In this document: positions 30,290 through 39,526 of the stretch, in pieces
How the letters are laid out: the number at the start of each line of letters is the position of its first letter
Numbering within the stretch: position 1 is the stretch's first letter
Assembly (NCBI GenBank): GCA_016795425.1
Contig: JAEUHG010000087.1
Location: forward strand, 83,410-147,409
Direction: 5' to 3'
Length of the DNA stretch: 64,000 nt
Source of the DNA: Verrucomicrobiales bacterium
Lineage (GTDB): Bacteria > Verrucomicrobiota > Verrucomicrobiia > Limisphaerales > CAIMTB01
The notes under the pieces: model-generated
Database searches by the model: none
Seen by the model: only the letters and a program-made list of their open reading frames with translations
Told to the model about the DNA's origin: nothing
Translations under genes and position numbers: made by a program

Positions 30290-31978
30290 CTACCGGGACT
30301 GCTGTGCCCCGACCGCGATCTCAACGGGGCGGGGACGCGTCGGCCGGGATTCGGCCCCCGGTTTCGAAGGGAAGTATTTTTCCAGCGTCTTGGAGCTCGG
30401 CGGGCGGGTGACGAGAGAACCGAGAATCATGAAGAAAGCCGAACCCAGGACCATCGGCAGGACCGGCAGGTACCCGTAAACCAGGATATTGCTGGGACTC
30501 CTGAGGAACAACTCGCCCAGGGCGGGAAAGATGGGTACCGGCGCTTGTCCCGGCCTCGGTGCGATGGTTGCGCTCGCGTCGTAGAGCCACCAGGTGCCCG
30601 CCATCGCCAACGCCACCCACACGGTGGCCGCCAAGGCTCCCCATTTGGTGCTGCGCCGCCAAAACAGCGCCGCCAACATCACCGGCGCCAGGGCCGCAAA
30701 TCCGGAGAACGCAAAACGGATCGCCAGTTCAAAAATCCCGGCCTTGTCCTCCAGCCTGAGTCCGACGACATAGGCCACTGCGGTGATCAGGATGACGAAG
30801 AGGCGACCCGTCCAGACCTGGGCTCGTTCTCCAAAGCGACGGGCGCCCCCGTAGTGCGCGAACACGTCTTGGGAGAACATGGTGCAGAGTGCCAGGATCT
30901 GGGAATCGGATGCCATGACGCAGGCCATGATCGCGGCGCCCAGTACGCCTGCCAGGACCGCGTCCGTGTTCTCGGTCAGCAGCCGAAGAATGACATCATC
31001 GGAGGCTCCCGGTCCCAGGCCCGGAAATTGATGGGCGGCGACCACTCCCAGCACGACGCAGGGCAACCAGATGAGGAGAATGCAGATGGGATAGAGGATG
31101 ATGGTCTTTTTGAAGGACGCCATCCGCTCGGCCGTCATGCACATGATGGCGATGTGCGGAAACATGATCGCCGACAGCGGAATCAGGGTGTAGCTGAAGA
31201 ATTCTTGCGGGGGAATCCGCTGGCGGGTCAGAAGCGGGGCGGTCTTTGGATCGGCGGCGAGTTCCGCCATGATTCGGTCGAACCCGCCGAGATTTCGTGA
31301 GATGAGGAAGAAGGCGATGGCGCCGAAACCGAGAAACAGCAGGGTTTGGAAGGTGTTGACCCAGGCGGTGCCGCGCATGCCGCCGAAGAACACGTAACTC
31401 ATGACCACCAAGGCGACGATGGCACCTCCGACCTCATAGCTGACCCAATGCCGGGTCTCGCGCACCGCGACGCCATTGCGCAGCACCTCCTCGATGACCG
31501 GCTTCCCGTCGGGGCCCGTCACCGTCGTGAGCGCCTCCAGCGTATGTCCACCCCCCATGATCCCGATGATGATGTACGGCACGAGCATCGCTGCGGTGAG
31601 GGCAAAGATGACGGTTCCGATGTGCGAGCATTCCCAGCGGTCCCGGAAGAACTGAACCTGGGTCACATGTCCGAAGCGCTTTCCGAGGGCCCACAATCGG
31701 GTGCCGATGAGGAAGAGGCACAGGGGAATGACCAGTCCCGAGGCCGACGCCATCAGTCCGTAAACTCCGATGCCCCGTTGGTACGCCAACCCGGAACTTC
31801 CGAGGATGGCGAACGCGGTCATGTTGGTGCCAAAGATGGCCAGCAGGAAGACGTAGGGACCGAGCGAACGGCCGGCGACGAAGTAGTCGTCGCGCGATCC
31901 GGTGCCTTTGCGAAACGCAAAGATGCCGATGTAGAGAACCACTGCCAGGTAGAGGGCGACGATGAGGGCAGGGATCAT
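30290..31978 (-). CDS. Sodium:solute symporter (SSS family)
   Basis: 562 aa and polytopic. [35 protein letters not shown] is a typical SSS N-terminal block. Its start overlaps the stop of the upstream small membrane protein. Confidence 0.9.
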   Translation of the reverse strand: MIPALIVALYLAVVLYIGIFAFRKGTGSRDDYFVAGRSLGPYVFLLAIFGTNMTAFAILGSSGLAYQRGIGVYGLMASASGLVIPLCLFLIGTRLWALGKRFGHVTQVQFFRDRWECSHIGTVIFALTAAMLVPYIIIGIMGGGHTLEALTTVTGPDGKPVIEEVLRNGVAVRETRHWVSYEVGGAIVALVVMSYVFFGGMRGTAWVNTFQTLLFLGFGAIAFFLISRNLGGFDRIMAELAADPKTAPLLTRQRIPPQEFFSYTLIPLSAIMFPHIAIMCMTAERMASFKKTIILYPICILLIWLPCVVLGVVAAHQFPGLGPGASDDVILRLLTENTDAVLAGVLGAAIMACVMASDSQILALCTMFSQDVFAHYGGARRFGERAQVWTGRLFVILITAVAYVVGLRLEDKAGIFELAIRFAFSGFAALAPVMLAALFWRRSTKWGALAATVWVALAMAGTWWLYDASATIAPRPGQAPVPIFPALGELFLRSPSNILVYGYLPVLPMVLGSAFFMILGSLVTRPPSSKTLEKYFPSKPGAESRPTRPRPVEIAVGAQQSR

Positions 31979-32226
31979 GGATGTCTTTCCGCCGAGGTGC
32001 TGGGCGGCTTGGGGTCATCGGTGTTCGCGAACTCGGGCCAGGCGAAGCGCACCAGCAGGTACATGGTGAGCGAGGCGACCAGTGAGTAGGCGACATGATA
32101 GGCCAGGCCGATGGGGAGGAAGCCGAACACCAGGGGCTCCACTTTGGACCAGTTCCAGACGTCCTGGTGAAGCAGGTAGACCACCGTCACCCAGAGCATG
32201 AGCAGGAGATGGGTTCGCGTGCGCAT
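31975..32226 (-). CDS. Small two-TM membrane protein (DUF3311-like) coupled to the symporter
   Basis: I trim the start to ATG 32226 ([26 protein letters not shown]...). Small hydrophobic partners like this typically precede SSS genes. There is a 4-bp overlap with the symporter start. Confidence 0.6.
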   Translation of the reverse strand: MRTRTHLLLMLWVTVVYLLHQDVWNWSKVEPLVFGFLPIGLAYHVAYSLVASLTMYLLVRFAWPEFANTDDPKPPSTSAERHP

Positions 32227-32240
32227 GGCGTTTCCGACGG

Positions 32241-32855
32241 TCAGGTGGTGATCCGCTGGTAGAGTTCGGTTCCACCCAGGAGGAGAAGCCCAAAGAACCC
32301 GAGGCACAGCAGGAACTGCAGACAGCCCGCGGCGAACAAGGCGCCATCCTTCTTCAGATCCGCCACCGCCAAGAGGAGAACGGTGACGGCGGGAAAGGTA
32401 TTGCTCAGCGGAATTGGCAGCGGCAGGAGGAGCAGCAAGCCGGAGACGGCCACCACAGCTCCTGCCGTCCGCCGAAAGGTCTCGGGAAACTTGGGATATA
32501 GGAAACGCGGCCGGAGCAGGCGTTCGAGAAATCCAAAGACCCGCCCGGCAGCCTTGAGCACAACCGGGATCACGCGCTGCGGCAGTCGCCGGTCACCGAG
32601 CCGGGCCGGCAGGAGCGCCGGGCTTCGACCCAGGGCCATCCGCATTCCCATCCAAGCGATAATCAGCCCGAAGACGGAGGAGATTCCGGGCAGAGAGACG
32701 GGACAGGTGAACGGCAGGGCCAGGAAGAACAGCGTCGCGGGATAGCCGTGGACGTGAAGCGCCTGGAACACATCGCCCAATCGAATCCCTTGCGCCGGCG
32801 CCTGGGCGGAAAGCCGCGCCAGGTCGAGGGACAATGGATGGTCCTGCGTGAGCAT
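32241..32855 (-). CDS. ExoD-family membrane protein
   Basis: 204 aa. IRLGDVFQALHVHGYPATLFFLALPFTCPVSLPGISSVFGLII resembles the ExoD family N-terminal block. Has 4-5 TM segments. Confidence 0.7.
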   Translation of the reverse strand: MLTQDHPLSLDLARLSAQAPAQGIRLGDVFQALHVHGYPATLFFLALPFTCPVSLPGISSVFGLIIAWMGMRMALGRSPALLPARLGDRRLPQRVIPVVLKAAGRVFGFLERLLRPRFLYPKFPETFRRTAGAVVAVSGLLLLLPLPIPLSNTFPAVTVLLLAVADLKKDGALFAAGCLQFLLCLGFFGLLLLGGTELYQRITT

Positions 32856-32912
32856 GGTTGCCGTGGGGCTGTGGGTCGTGGGCGCGACCTGTCGGGAGCG
32901 GCGGACCTGGGA

Positions 32913-33866
32913 TCAGCCGTTCACCGGTTTCGCATTGGCGGCCGGCATCACCGGGGTTTTGGGTCGCAGGAGCGACATCACCACGGAGATGGCCAGAATC
33001 AGGACGATGACGCCGAGCGAGACCAGGGTGTCGATCTTCCACGCGGTGTGGGCGAGCATCATCTTGACGCCAACGAAGGACAGGACGACCCCCAGACCGA
33101 TCTTGAGGTAATGGAACTTGTCCATGACCCCGGCCAGCGCGAAGTACAACGAGCGCAGGCCGAGAATGGCGAACACGTTCGAGGTGTAGACAATGAATGG
33201 ATCGGTGGTGACGGCAAAAATCGCCGGAATCGAATCCACGGCGAAGATGAGGTCGGAGATCTCGACCAACAGCAGCACCACGAAAAGCGGCGTGGCCATG
33301 CGGATTCCGTTCTCGCGCACGAAGAATCGTTCGCCGCGATAATCCGGGGTGACCGGCATGATCCGCTTGAAAAGGCGGACGACCGGGTTCCGCTCGGGAT
33401 GTACCTCTTCCTCACGTTTCACGATCATTTTGATGCCGGTGAGGATGAGGAACGCGCCGAACACGTAGATGATCCAGGTGAACTTGGTGATCAAGGCTGC
33501 GCCCGCCGCGATCATGATCGCGCGCATCACCAAGGCGCCCAGAATGCCCCAGAACAGCACCTTGTGCTGGTACTTGGGCGGGACGGCGAAATAGGAGAAG
33601 AGCAGGGCGAAGACGAAGACGTTGTCGACGCTCAGCGATTTCTCGATGAGGTAACCCGTGAAGAACTCCAAGGCCTTCTGCGAGCCTGCGTAATGCCAAA
33701 TGCCGGCATTGAACACCATGGCCAAGGCGATCCACACCACGGTCCATGAAATGGATTCCTTGAAGGTGACGACATGGCACTTTCGATGGAAGACGCCCAG
33801 GTCAAGCGCCAGCATCAGGAGCACGAATGCGTTGAAGCCGATCCAAAGCCAAAGAGTGTCGGTCAT
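32913..33866 (-). CDS. TerC/Alx-family integral membrane protein
   Basis: WLWIGFNAFVLLMLALDLGVFHRK, YLIEKSLSVDNVFVF, EISDLIFAVDSIPAIFAVT (duplicated TerC motifs). Confidence 0.9.
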   Translation of the reverse strand: MTDTLWLWIGFNAFVLLMLALDLGVFHRKCHVVTFKESISWTVVWIALAMVFNAGIWHYAGSQKALEFFTGYLIEKSLSVDNVFVFALLFSYFAVPPKYQHKVLFWGILGALVMRAIMIAAGAALITKFTWIIYVFGAFLILTGIKMIVKREEEVHPERNPVVRLFKRIMPVTPDYRGERFFVRENGIRMATPLFVVLLLVEISDLIFAVDSIPAIFAVTTDPFIVYTSNVFAILGLRSLYFALAGVMDKFHYLKIGLGVVLSFVGVKMMLAHTAWKIDTLVSLGVIVLILAISVVMSLLRPKTPVMPAANAKPVNG

Positions 33867-33884
33867 GAGCAGAGTGAGAGAATG

Positions 33885-34235
33885 TTAATGCGCAGGGGAC
33901 CCGTTGGACGGGCGCTGACCGGCAGGCTGGCCGCGGGCCTTTTTGCGCTGGGTGCGCTTTTCGATGCGGTGGGTGATTCGGTTGCGGAGCTGGGTCATGA
34001 CCTTGGACCAGGCGGCGCGCAGGGTGTGGTCCTGAGCCTCGGCCAGGAGATCGGGCCCTGGTGTGACCAGGTGGACCTGAACCTGAAACGGGGGGCTTGT
34101 TTGGTGATGGCGGACGAGACGCACGCTGGCTTCGTCGATCTGCAGCCTGGGTTGGAGGTTAAGGATCTGATTCTCGATCCAGGAATCCAAGGCGTCCGTC
34201 GATCGGACGCCGATGTGTTGCAGGTTCAGTCTCAT
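33885..34235 (-). CDS. Ribosome hibernation factor / RaiA (HPF)-like protein
   Basis: I trim the start to ATG 34235. MRLNLQHIGVRSTDALDSWIENQILNLQPRL...VRLV....FQVQVHLVTPGPDLLAEAQDHTLRAAWSKVMTQLRNRI follows the HPF/YfiA pattern by eye. Confidence 0.6.
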   Translation of the reverse strand: MRLNLQHIGVRSTDALDSWIENQILNLQPRLQIDEASVRLVRHHQTSPPFQVQVHLVTPGPDLLAEAQDHTLRAAWSKVMTQLRNRITHRIEKRTQRKKARGQPAGQRPSNGSPAH

Positions 34236-34390
34236 GGCTTGGGTGTCCCCGTCACTTCTCGCCCACGGTGACCGGTGGAGTCGCTGTTCCACCGGCCACT
34301 GGCGTGGGACCAAGGTTCGTGAGAATCGGGGGAGCCGCTACTACGCAATTCCGATTGGAAGCTTCGGATTATCCGAAGCATTGTCCGGGC

Positions 34391-35293
34391 GTGACTGAAT
34401 GGCTCAATTATCACCATCTGCGCTATTTCTGGGCGGTGGCCAAGGAAGGCAGCCTCGCGCGGGCTGCCGAATCCCTGAGGGTCTCCCAACCGTCCATCTC
34501 CGAGCAGATCCGCGAATTGGAGGGGGCCTTGGGCGAAAAGCTGTTTCGGCGCGAAGGTCGCAACAACCGACTCACCGACGCCGGGCAGATCGTCTTTGGC
34601 TTCGCCGAGGAAATCTTCGCCCTGGGACGGGAGATGATGAACGCGGTGAAGCAGCGTCCTGGGGCCAAGACGCTGCGGCTGCACGTGGGGATCGTGGATT
34701 CGTTCCCCAAACTGGTGACCAACGAGATTCTGAAGCCGGTGTTCGCGCTCCCTGGACAACTCCATGTGATTTGTCGCGAGGGCAAGATGGAGGATCTGCT
34801 GGCCCAGTTGGCGGCCCACCGTTTGGACATCGTCCTGGCCGATGAACCGGCCTCAAGCAGTGCCAACCTGAAGGCTTTCAGCCATGCCCTGGGCGAGACG
34901 GGGACCAGCTTTTGTGCCGAACCGCGATTGGCGGCGCAGTTGAAGCGCGGCTTCCCCAAGTCTCTCGACGGTGCTCCGGCATTGTTGCCGGATGAACACT
35001 CGCCCTTTCGACGCACGCTGGAGGCGTGGTTCCGGAGTCAGCGCATTCGGCCGCGGGTGGTGGGGGAGTTCGAGGATCTCGCCCTATTGAAGGTGATGGC
35101 GTCGGAGGGTCGCGGCTTCATGGCGGTGCCAGCGGTGGCCGCGGCGGAGGCGGTGGGGCGCTATGGGTTCCGGGAGATTGGCCGGGCCGATCGGTGTCGC
35201 ATCGGATTTCACGCGATTACGGCGGAACGCCGGATTGTGCATCCCGCCATCCACGTGCTGACCAGCACGGCGCGGCGGGATCTCTTCGATTGA
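34391..35293 (+). CDS. LysR-family transcriptional regulator (NhaR-like N-terminus)
   Basis: Start taken as GTG 34391. LNYHHLRYFWAVAKEGSLARAAESLRVSQPSISEQIRELEGALGEKLFRR is a classical LysR wHTH. Confidence 0.85.
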   Translation: MTEWLNYHHLRYFWAVAKEGSLARAAESLRVSQPSISEQIRELEGALGEKLFRREGRNNRLTDAGQIVFGFAEEIFALGREMMNAVKQRPGAKTLRLHVGIVDSFPKLVTNEILKPVFALPGQLHVICREGKMEDLLAQLAAHRLDIVLADEPASSSANLKAFSHALGETGTSFCAEPRLAAQLKRGFPKSLDGAPALLPDEHSPFRRTLEAWFRSQRIRPRVVGEFEDLALLKVMASEGRGFMAVPAVAAAEAVGRYGFREIGRADRCRIGFHAITAERRIVHPAIHVLTSTARRDLFD

Positions 35294-35316
35294 AGGCTCG
35301 GCTGGCGTCAGGGAAG

Positions 35317-35937
35317 TCAGCGTAGCCAAGGAGACGCCAGGGCGTAGGCGCCGAACAGGCAAAGCATCGCTCCGGACAAGCGATTGACGGCGACCATCCA
35401 GGAGGGTTGAACCCGGGTCCGCAAACCGCCGGCAACCCCGCTCAGGAAAAGCCACCAGGCTGCCGATCCGAGGAATACCCCCAGCACCAGGATCCCCGAG
35501 GCGACGTAACTCGGTGACCCGACCAGTCCGAAACCGGCGAACACCGCGACGAAAGACAGGATGGTCATGGGGTTGGTGAGAGTCAGCGCGAAGGTGGAGA
35601 GATAGGCCGACCGGAGATCGGAGGCCGCGGAGGTTTTCGCCTCCCGTTCGGGCGGCGGACTCAGGGCTGTGCGCACGCCCAGGTAACAAAGAAAGACCCC
35701 GCCCAGCAGCCCCAGCCACAGTCTTTGATCCACGAGAAAATTGGAGACGGCGGTGAGGCCGAACCCGGCGATCATTCCGTAGAAGGCGTCGGCGGTGGCG
35801 GCGCCAAGGCCTGTGACGAAGCCCGCCTTGGATCCATCGGTCAGTGACCGCCGGATGCAGAGCAGTCCGATGGGGCCCACCGGGGCGGCGATGGAGAGCC
35901 CAATGAGGGCCCCTTTGGCGAGGAAATCGAGGTGCAT
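35317..35937 (-). CDS. LysE/ArgO-family amino-acid exporter
   Basis: I trim the start to ATG 35937. FLAKGALIGLSIAAPVGPIGLLCIRRSL and GLGAATADAFYG are typical of LysE translocators. Confidence 0.8.
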   Translation of the reverse strand: MHLDFLAKGALIGLSIAAPVGPIGLLCIRRSLTDGSKAGFVTGLGAATADAFYGMIAGFGLTAVSNFLVDQRLWLGLLGGVFLCYLGVRTALSPPPEREAKTSAASDLRSAYLSTFALTLTNPMTILSFVAVFAGFGLVGSPSYVASGILVLGVFLGSAAWWLFLSGVAGGLRTRVQPSWMVAVNRLSGAMLCLFGAYALASPWLR

Positions 35938-36075
35938 GCGGCGCGGCGGCAGGAGTGACATACCGAGCCGCACTTGCCGGTGTCGATGGCGATTTCGGGG
36001 AATGGGCGGGGGCCGGGTTTCTTAGGCGGATGCGGGCGCGCCAGGGACCTAAGAGACGTCGTCGACGGAACGGAC

Positions 36076-37581
36076 CTAAGGCGCTGTGTTGGGCGACGGG
36101 TTGTTGCCTGGTGTGGATGGGGAGGTGGACGTGGCCATGCGCTCGCGTTCCCAGGCTTCGAAGTTGCCGTCGGGAGCGGCGTGAATCTCGCTGTGGCCGT
36201 CGGCGAAGGCATAGGTGCGAGCCAGTATCTTGGCGCCGGTTTCCTTGGAGGTGGTGGTGAAGGCTTCTCGTTCCCTGATGACGATGGTGCGGGCGCGATC
36301 GGCGATGTCCTTGAGCGAGCCTTTGAACACGACCTCGAAGCGATTCGGATCCAGGACCGACAGCGCGGGACTATGTTCGTCGATTTGAAAATGCTTGGCG
36401 GCGTCGGCGAACGATTCGGGGAAGTGTTCGTCGTTCTCGGCGGCGTACATATAGAAGGCGCGCATCCAGGCGCCGGTGTAACTCATCCGGGCCAGGCCCA
36501 GACCCTTTTCCATCTCAGCCTCGATATCACGGGCTTCATGATCGGTCTCGGCGGCGGTTTCCGGCCGCGCTCCCTTGTTCTTGAGACGCTGGTTTTCGGC
36601 TTCGAGGTCGGCCAGGCGACGCTCGGTGTCGCGGAGTTTTCCGAGTTCATTGCGCAATTCCATGAGGCGCAGTCGATCTTTTCGCAGCGCCTCGAGTTCG
36701 GCGGCACTTGGCGGATCGGCGAGGTCGGAGACAGGGGTGGTGGCAACCAAATGAACCTGGGCGGCCGCGAGTTCCTTTCGGAGTTCGGCATTCCGGCGAT
36801 GCGTGAAGACAGCGTGGGTGGTCGCGCCGATCGCAACCAGGGCGGCCAGTCCGATCTGGATCTTGGTGGTGCTCATGAGGGCGAGGAATCCGGCGGTGGA
36901 GCCTACGGTTGTTCCTGTGAGGGCGATGGAGGAAATAACAGTCGCAGCGAATCCGGCGGGGGCGGCGAGGACGGCGTGGTGTCCGATGGTCACAGCGAGG
37001 GCGGCGGTCGTGGACGTGACACCGCGCCGGGCCAGAAGCCCGCGAAGCCGATCCAAAGCGCGATCCACGCGCATGCGGGCGGCATCGGGGCTGATGCCGA
37101 AGGCCGATCCCACCTCGGCGAGGGATTGACGGTTGAGATAGCGAAGGACGATGGCATCACGGTCAGGGTTGGAGAGTTCCCCCATGGCGTCTTCCAGGAT
37201 GGGTGCGACCTGGGACCAATCGACGGCCTCGTCCCTGTGATGATGTTCCACGGCGACCTGTTCCCGTTCGCGCCGGCGGAGTTCGGTGCGGACGGCCTTT
37301 GAAGCGACGAAGGTGGTGTGTCGATAGAGCCAACCCGCGAGCACAATTTCCCGGGGCAATTGCCTGGCCTTGCGCGCGAGATCGGCGAAGACGATTTGGG
37401 AGACGTCCTTGGCCAGCGCATCGTCACCCTGACATCGACGCAGAGCAGTGGAATAGACCAGATCCAGATGCAACCGGACCAATTCGGCGAAGGCGGCCTC
37501 GGATTGAGTATCCGCGAATTGCCTCCAGGCGTCGCGGTCTTCGGCGCGGGATGGAATCAGGCTTTCCGGGCGGCGCGTCAT
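36076..37581 (-). CDS. ECF-type sigma-70 factor fused to a TM segment and a ~240-aa extracytoplasmic coiled-coil/globular domain
   Basis: Sigma region 2 (FAELVRLHLDLVYSTALRR) and region 4 (DAIVLRYLNRQSLAEVGSAFGISPDAARMRVDRAL). TM helix IQIGLAALVAIGATTHAVF around residue 245 of the ORF. Coiled coil ELEALRKDRLRLMELRNELGKLRDTERRLADLEAENQRLK, then a C-terminal ~170-aa domain. ATG 37581; the ORF track starts at TTG 37587. Confidence 0.8.
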   Translation of the reverse strand: MTRRPESLIPSRAEDRDAWRQFADTQSEAAFAELVRLHLDLVYSTALRRCQGDDALAKDVSQIVFADLARKARQLPREIVLAGWLYRHTTFVASKAVRTELRRREREQVAVEHHHRDEAVDWSQVAPILEDAMGELSNPDRDAIVLRYLNRQSLAEVGSAFGISPDAARMRVDRALDRLRGLLARRGVTSTTAALAVTIGHHAVLAAPAGFAATVISSIALTGTTVGSTAGFLALMSTTKIQIGLAALVAIGATTHAVFTHRRNAELRKELAAAQVHLVATTPVSDLADPPSAAELEALRKDRLRLMELRNELGKLRDTERRLADLEAENQRLKNKGARPETAAETDHEARDIEAEMEKGLGLARMSYTGAWMRAFYMYAAENDEHFPESFADAAKHFQIDEHSPALSVLDPNRFEVVFKGSLKDIADRARTIVIREREAFTTTSKETGAKILARTYAFADGHSEIHAAPDGNFEAWERERMATSTSPSTPGNNPSPNTAP

Positions 37582-37692
37582 TTCCAACCCATAGAACCCG
37601 GCCGGACTGAAAAGCGAACACCAAGTCCGCGTTTCGTGGAAGGCGTTCGGGGGATGTCGGCCGGCGGCCGGGCAGTGGTCTTGCCTTCTTGC

Positions 37693-39309
37693 CTAATGGC
37701 CCGGCGCGACCTGGGGAGCGCCGGGGGGCTTGGCGGTGAGGGTGACCTCGGGCTGTCGTTGAACGAAGAACTCGCAGGCCCAGTTGTCCGGGAAGAGAAT
37801 GACCAGATTTCCAAACGCGTCGCGGGCGAGGCGGGAACCGGTCGGGATCTTGGATTCCAATCCGACCACGTCCGCATGCGGGTCAATCACCCAACGGATC
37901 ACGCTCCAGGGGGTCGTCTCGAGACGGGATTCGGCGCCGTACTCCGATTGGAGGCGGAACTGCACGACTTCGAATTGGAGGGGGCCCACGGCGCCCAGCA
38001 AGGGGACGCGGGAGAGGGAGTCGGTGGGGAAGAACGACTGCACCACGCCTTCCTGGAGGAGTTGCTCGAGGCCCTCGCGGAAACGTTTGAATTGCGAGGT
38101 GGTCGGGCTTTGGAGGTAGGCAAAACACTCGGGCGTGAACCGCGGGATCTCGTCGAAGACCAACTTGGGGTTCGTGGCCAGGGTGTCGCCGATGCGGAAA
38201 TCGTCGTGACCCACCAGTCCCACCACGTCGCCTGGATAGGCTTCATCCACCGTCTCGCGGGTGCGGGCGAAGAGCTTGTGCGAACTGGCCAACCGGATCT
38301 TTCGGCCGGTGCGGGTGTGGATCACCGTCATGTCCCGCTCGAACCGTCCCGAACAGATGCGGACAAACGCCAGTCGGTCGCGGTGTCGCGGGTCCATGTT
38401 CGCCTGAATCTTGAAAATGAAACCGGAGAACTCCGGGTCCTCAGGCGAGACTTGCTGGCTGCCGATGTGGCGCGGACGCGGTGAGGGGGCGAGGTCGAGA
38501 AAGGCGTCGAGCAGGAGTTGGACGCCGAAGTTGTTGACGGCGCTCCCAAAGAAGACCGGGGTCAATTGTCCCGCCAGGATGGCGGCGTGATCGAAAGTCG
38601 CCCCGGCACCTTCGAGCATTTCGAGTTCCTCGACCGTGCGCGCATACGCGTCGGGATCCATTTGGCTGCTCACCACTGGGTCGGACAGGCCGTGGACGGA
38701 CACCGGGGCGCGGTATTCGCCGCCGGGAACGCGTTCGAAGAAGTGAGCGAGCTTGGCGCGCCGATCATAGACTCCACGGAACTGGGCCCCGTCGCCGAGG
38801 GGCCAATTGACCGGGTAGGCCGCGATGCCGAGCACGCGCTCGAGTTCGTCGAGCAGCGAGAGCGGTTCTCGCGCCGGACGATCGAGCTTGTTCATGAAGG
38901 TGAAGATCGGCACGCCGCGTTGGCGACAGACTTCGAAGAGCTTCCGGGTCTGGCTCTCGATGCCTTTGCCGGCGTCGATCACCATGACCGCCGCGTCGAC
39001 GGCGGTGAGGACGCGGTAGGTGTCCTCGGAAAAGTCCTTGTGGCCCGGGGTGTCGAGCAGATTGACGCAGTACCCGCGGTAATCGAATTGGAGGACGGTG
39101 GAACTGACCGAGATGCCGCGTTGGCGTTCGAGTTCCATCCAATCCGAGGTGGTGGCGCGCTGGGATTTGCGTGCGGTGACGGAGCCCGCGAGTTGGACGG
39201 CGCCACCATAAAGAAGGAACTTCTCGGTCAAGGTCGTCTTGCCGGCGTCCGGGTGGGAAATGATGGCGAAGGTTCGACGTCGCGCGGTTTCCTGGGCGTG
39301 CCCTTCCAT
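37693..39309 (-). CDS. prfC: Peptide chain release factor 3
   Basis: RRRTFAIISHPDAGKTTLTEKFLLYGGAVQLAGSV, LLDTPGHKDFSEDTYR, NKLDR. I trim the start to ATG 39309 (MEGHAQETA). Confidence 0.95.
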   Translation of the reverse strand: MEGHAQETARRRTFAIISHPDAGKTTLTEKFLLYGGAVQLAGSVTARKSQRATTSDWMELERQRGISVSSTVLQFDYRGYCVNLLDTPGHKDFSEDTYRVLTAVDAAVMVIDAGKGIESQTRKLFEVCRQRGVPIFTFMNKLDRPAREPLSLLDELERVLGIAAYPVNWPLGDGAQFRGVYDRRAKLAHFFERVPGGEYRAPVSVHGLSDPVVSSQMDPDAYARTVEELEMLEGAGATFDHAAILAGQLTPVFFGSAVNNFGVQLLLDAFLDLAPSPRPRHIGSQQVSPEDPEFSGFIFKIQANMDPRHRDRLAFVRICSGRFERDMTVIHTRTGRKIRLASSHKLFARTRETVDEAYPGDVVGLVGHDDFRIGDTLATNPKLVFDEIPRFTPECFAYLQSPTTSQFKRFREGLEQLLQEGVVQSFFPTDSLSRVPLLGAVGPLQFEVVQFRLQSEYGAESRLETTPWSVIRWVIDPHADVVGLESKIPTGSRLARDAFGNLVILFPDNWACEFFVQRQPEVTLTAKPPGAPQVAPGH

Positions 39310-39488
39310 GCGTGGGGTGCGGATACTTCCTGAGGTTGTCCAATGGCGGACCCTTGCCGCCGGAGAGGCGAGCATGGGGGAACCGCGCCATTCAAGGGAA
39401 GCCTGCTATTCTAGGGCTGGCGGTTCGAAGCAGGGGGGCACGAACCTCGCCCGGGCAAAGCCACGTTCTTCGGCTTCCAGGCCATCGA

Positions 39489-39525
39489 CGCTTCCCACTT
39501 CCCGCTTCCCCATCCCCTCTTCCCC
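39489..39525 (-). repeat. G-tract element immediately 3' of a stop codon (member of a dispersed GGGGxTGGGGAAGxGGGAAG motif)
   Basis: The minus strand reads GGGGAAGAGGGGATGGGGAAGCGGGAAGTGGGAAGCG. It shares the exact 15-mer TGGGGAAGCGGGAAG with the minus strand of 52442-52480. Five G-tracts are separated by 2-4 nt. Confidence 0.5.
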
Positions 39526-39526
39526 T

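Noticed and set aside
28760-31300. 846-aa plus-strand ORF, together with similar long shadows 12132..13874(+), 10336..11331(+), 25930..27030(+), 32748..33749(+), 35974..37302(+), 37318..38484(+), 42831..44384(+), 44678..47170(+), 53602..54516(+), 55088..56278(+), 57599..58450(+), 40468..41631(-), 59096..59785(-)
   Set aside because: Each lies opposite a gene with clear family motifs and is dominated by G/R/D/E/P runs. I treat them as antisense artefacts of GC-rich codon structure.
33867-33884. Mn (yybP-ykoY) riboswitch upstream of the TerC-family gene
   Set aside because: Only 18 nt separate it from the preceding gene, so there is no room for an aptamer.
39415-39450. ggttcg...cgaacc hairpin resembling a tRNA T-arm in the prfC upstream region
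   Set aside because: No acceptor, D or anticodon arms can be built. The loop is 13 nt and lacks the TTCGAAT consensus.
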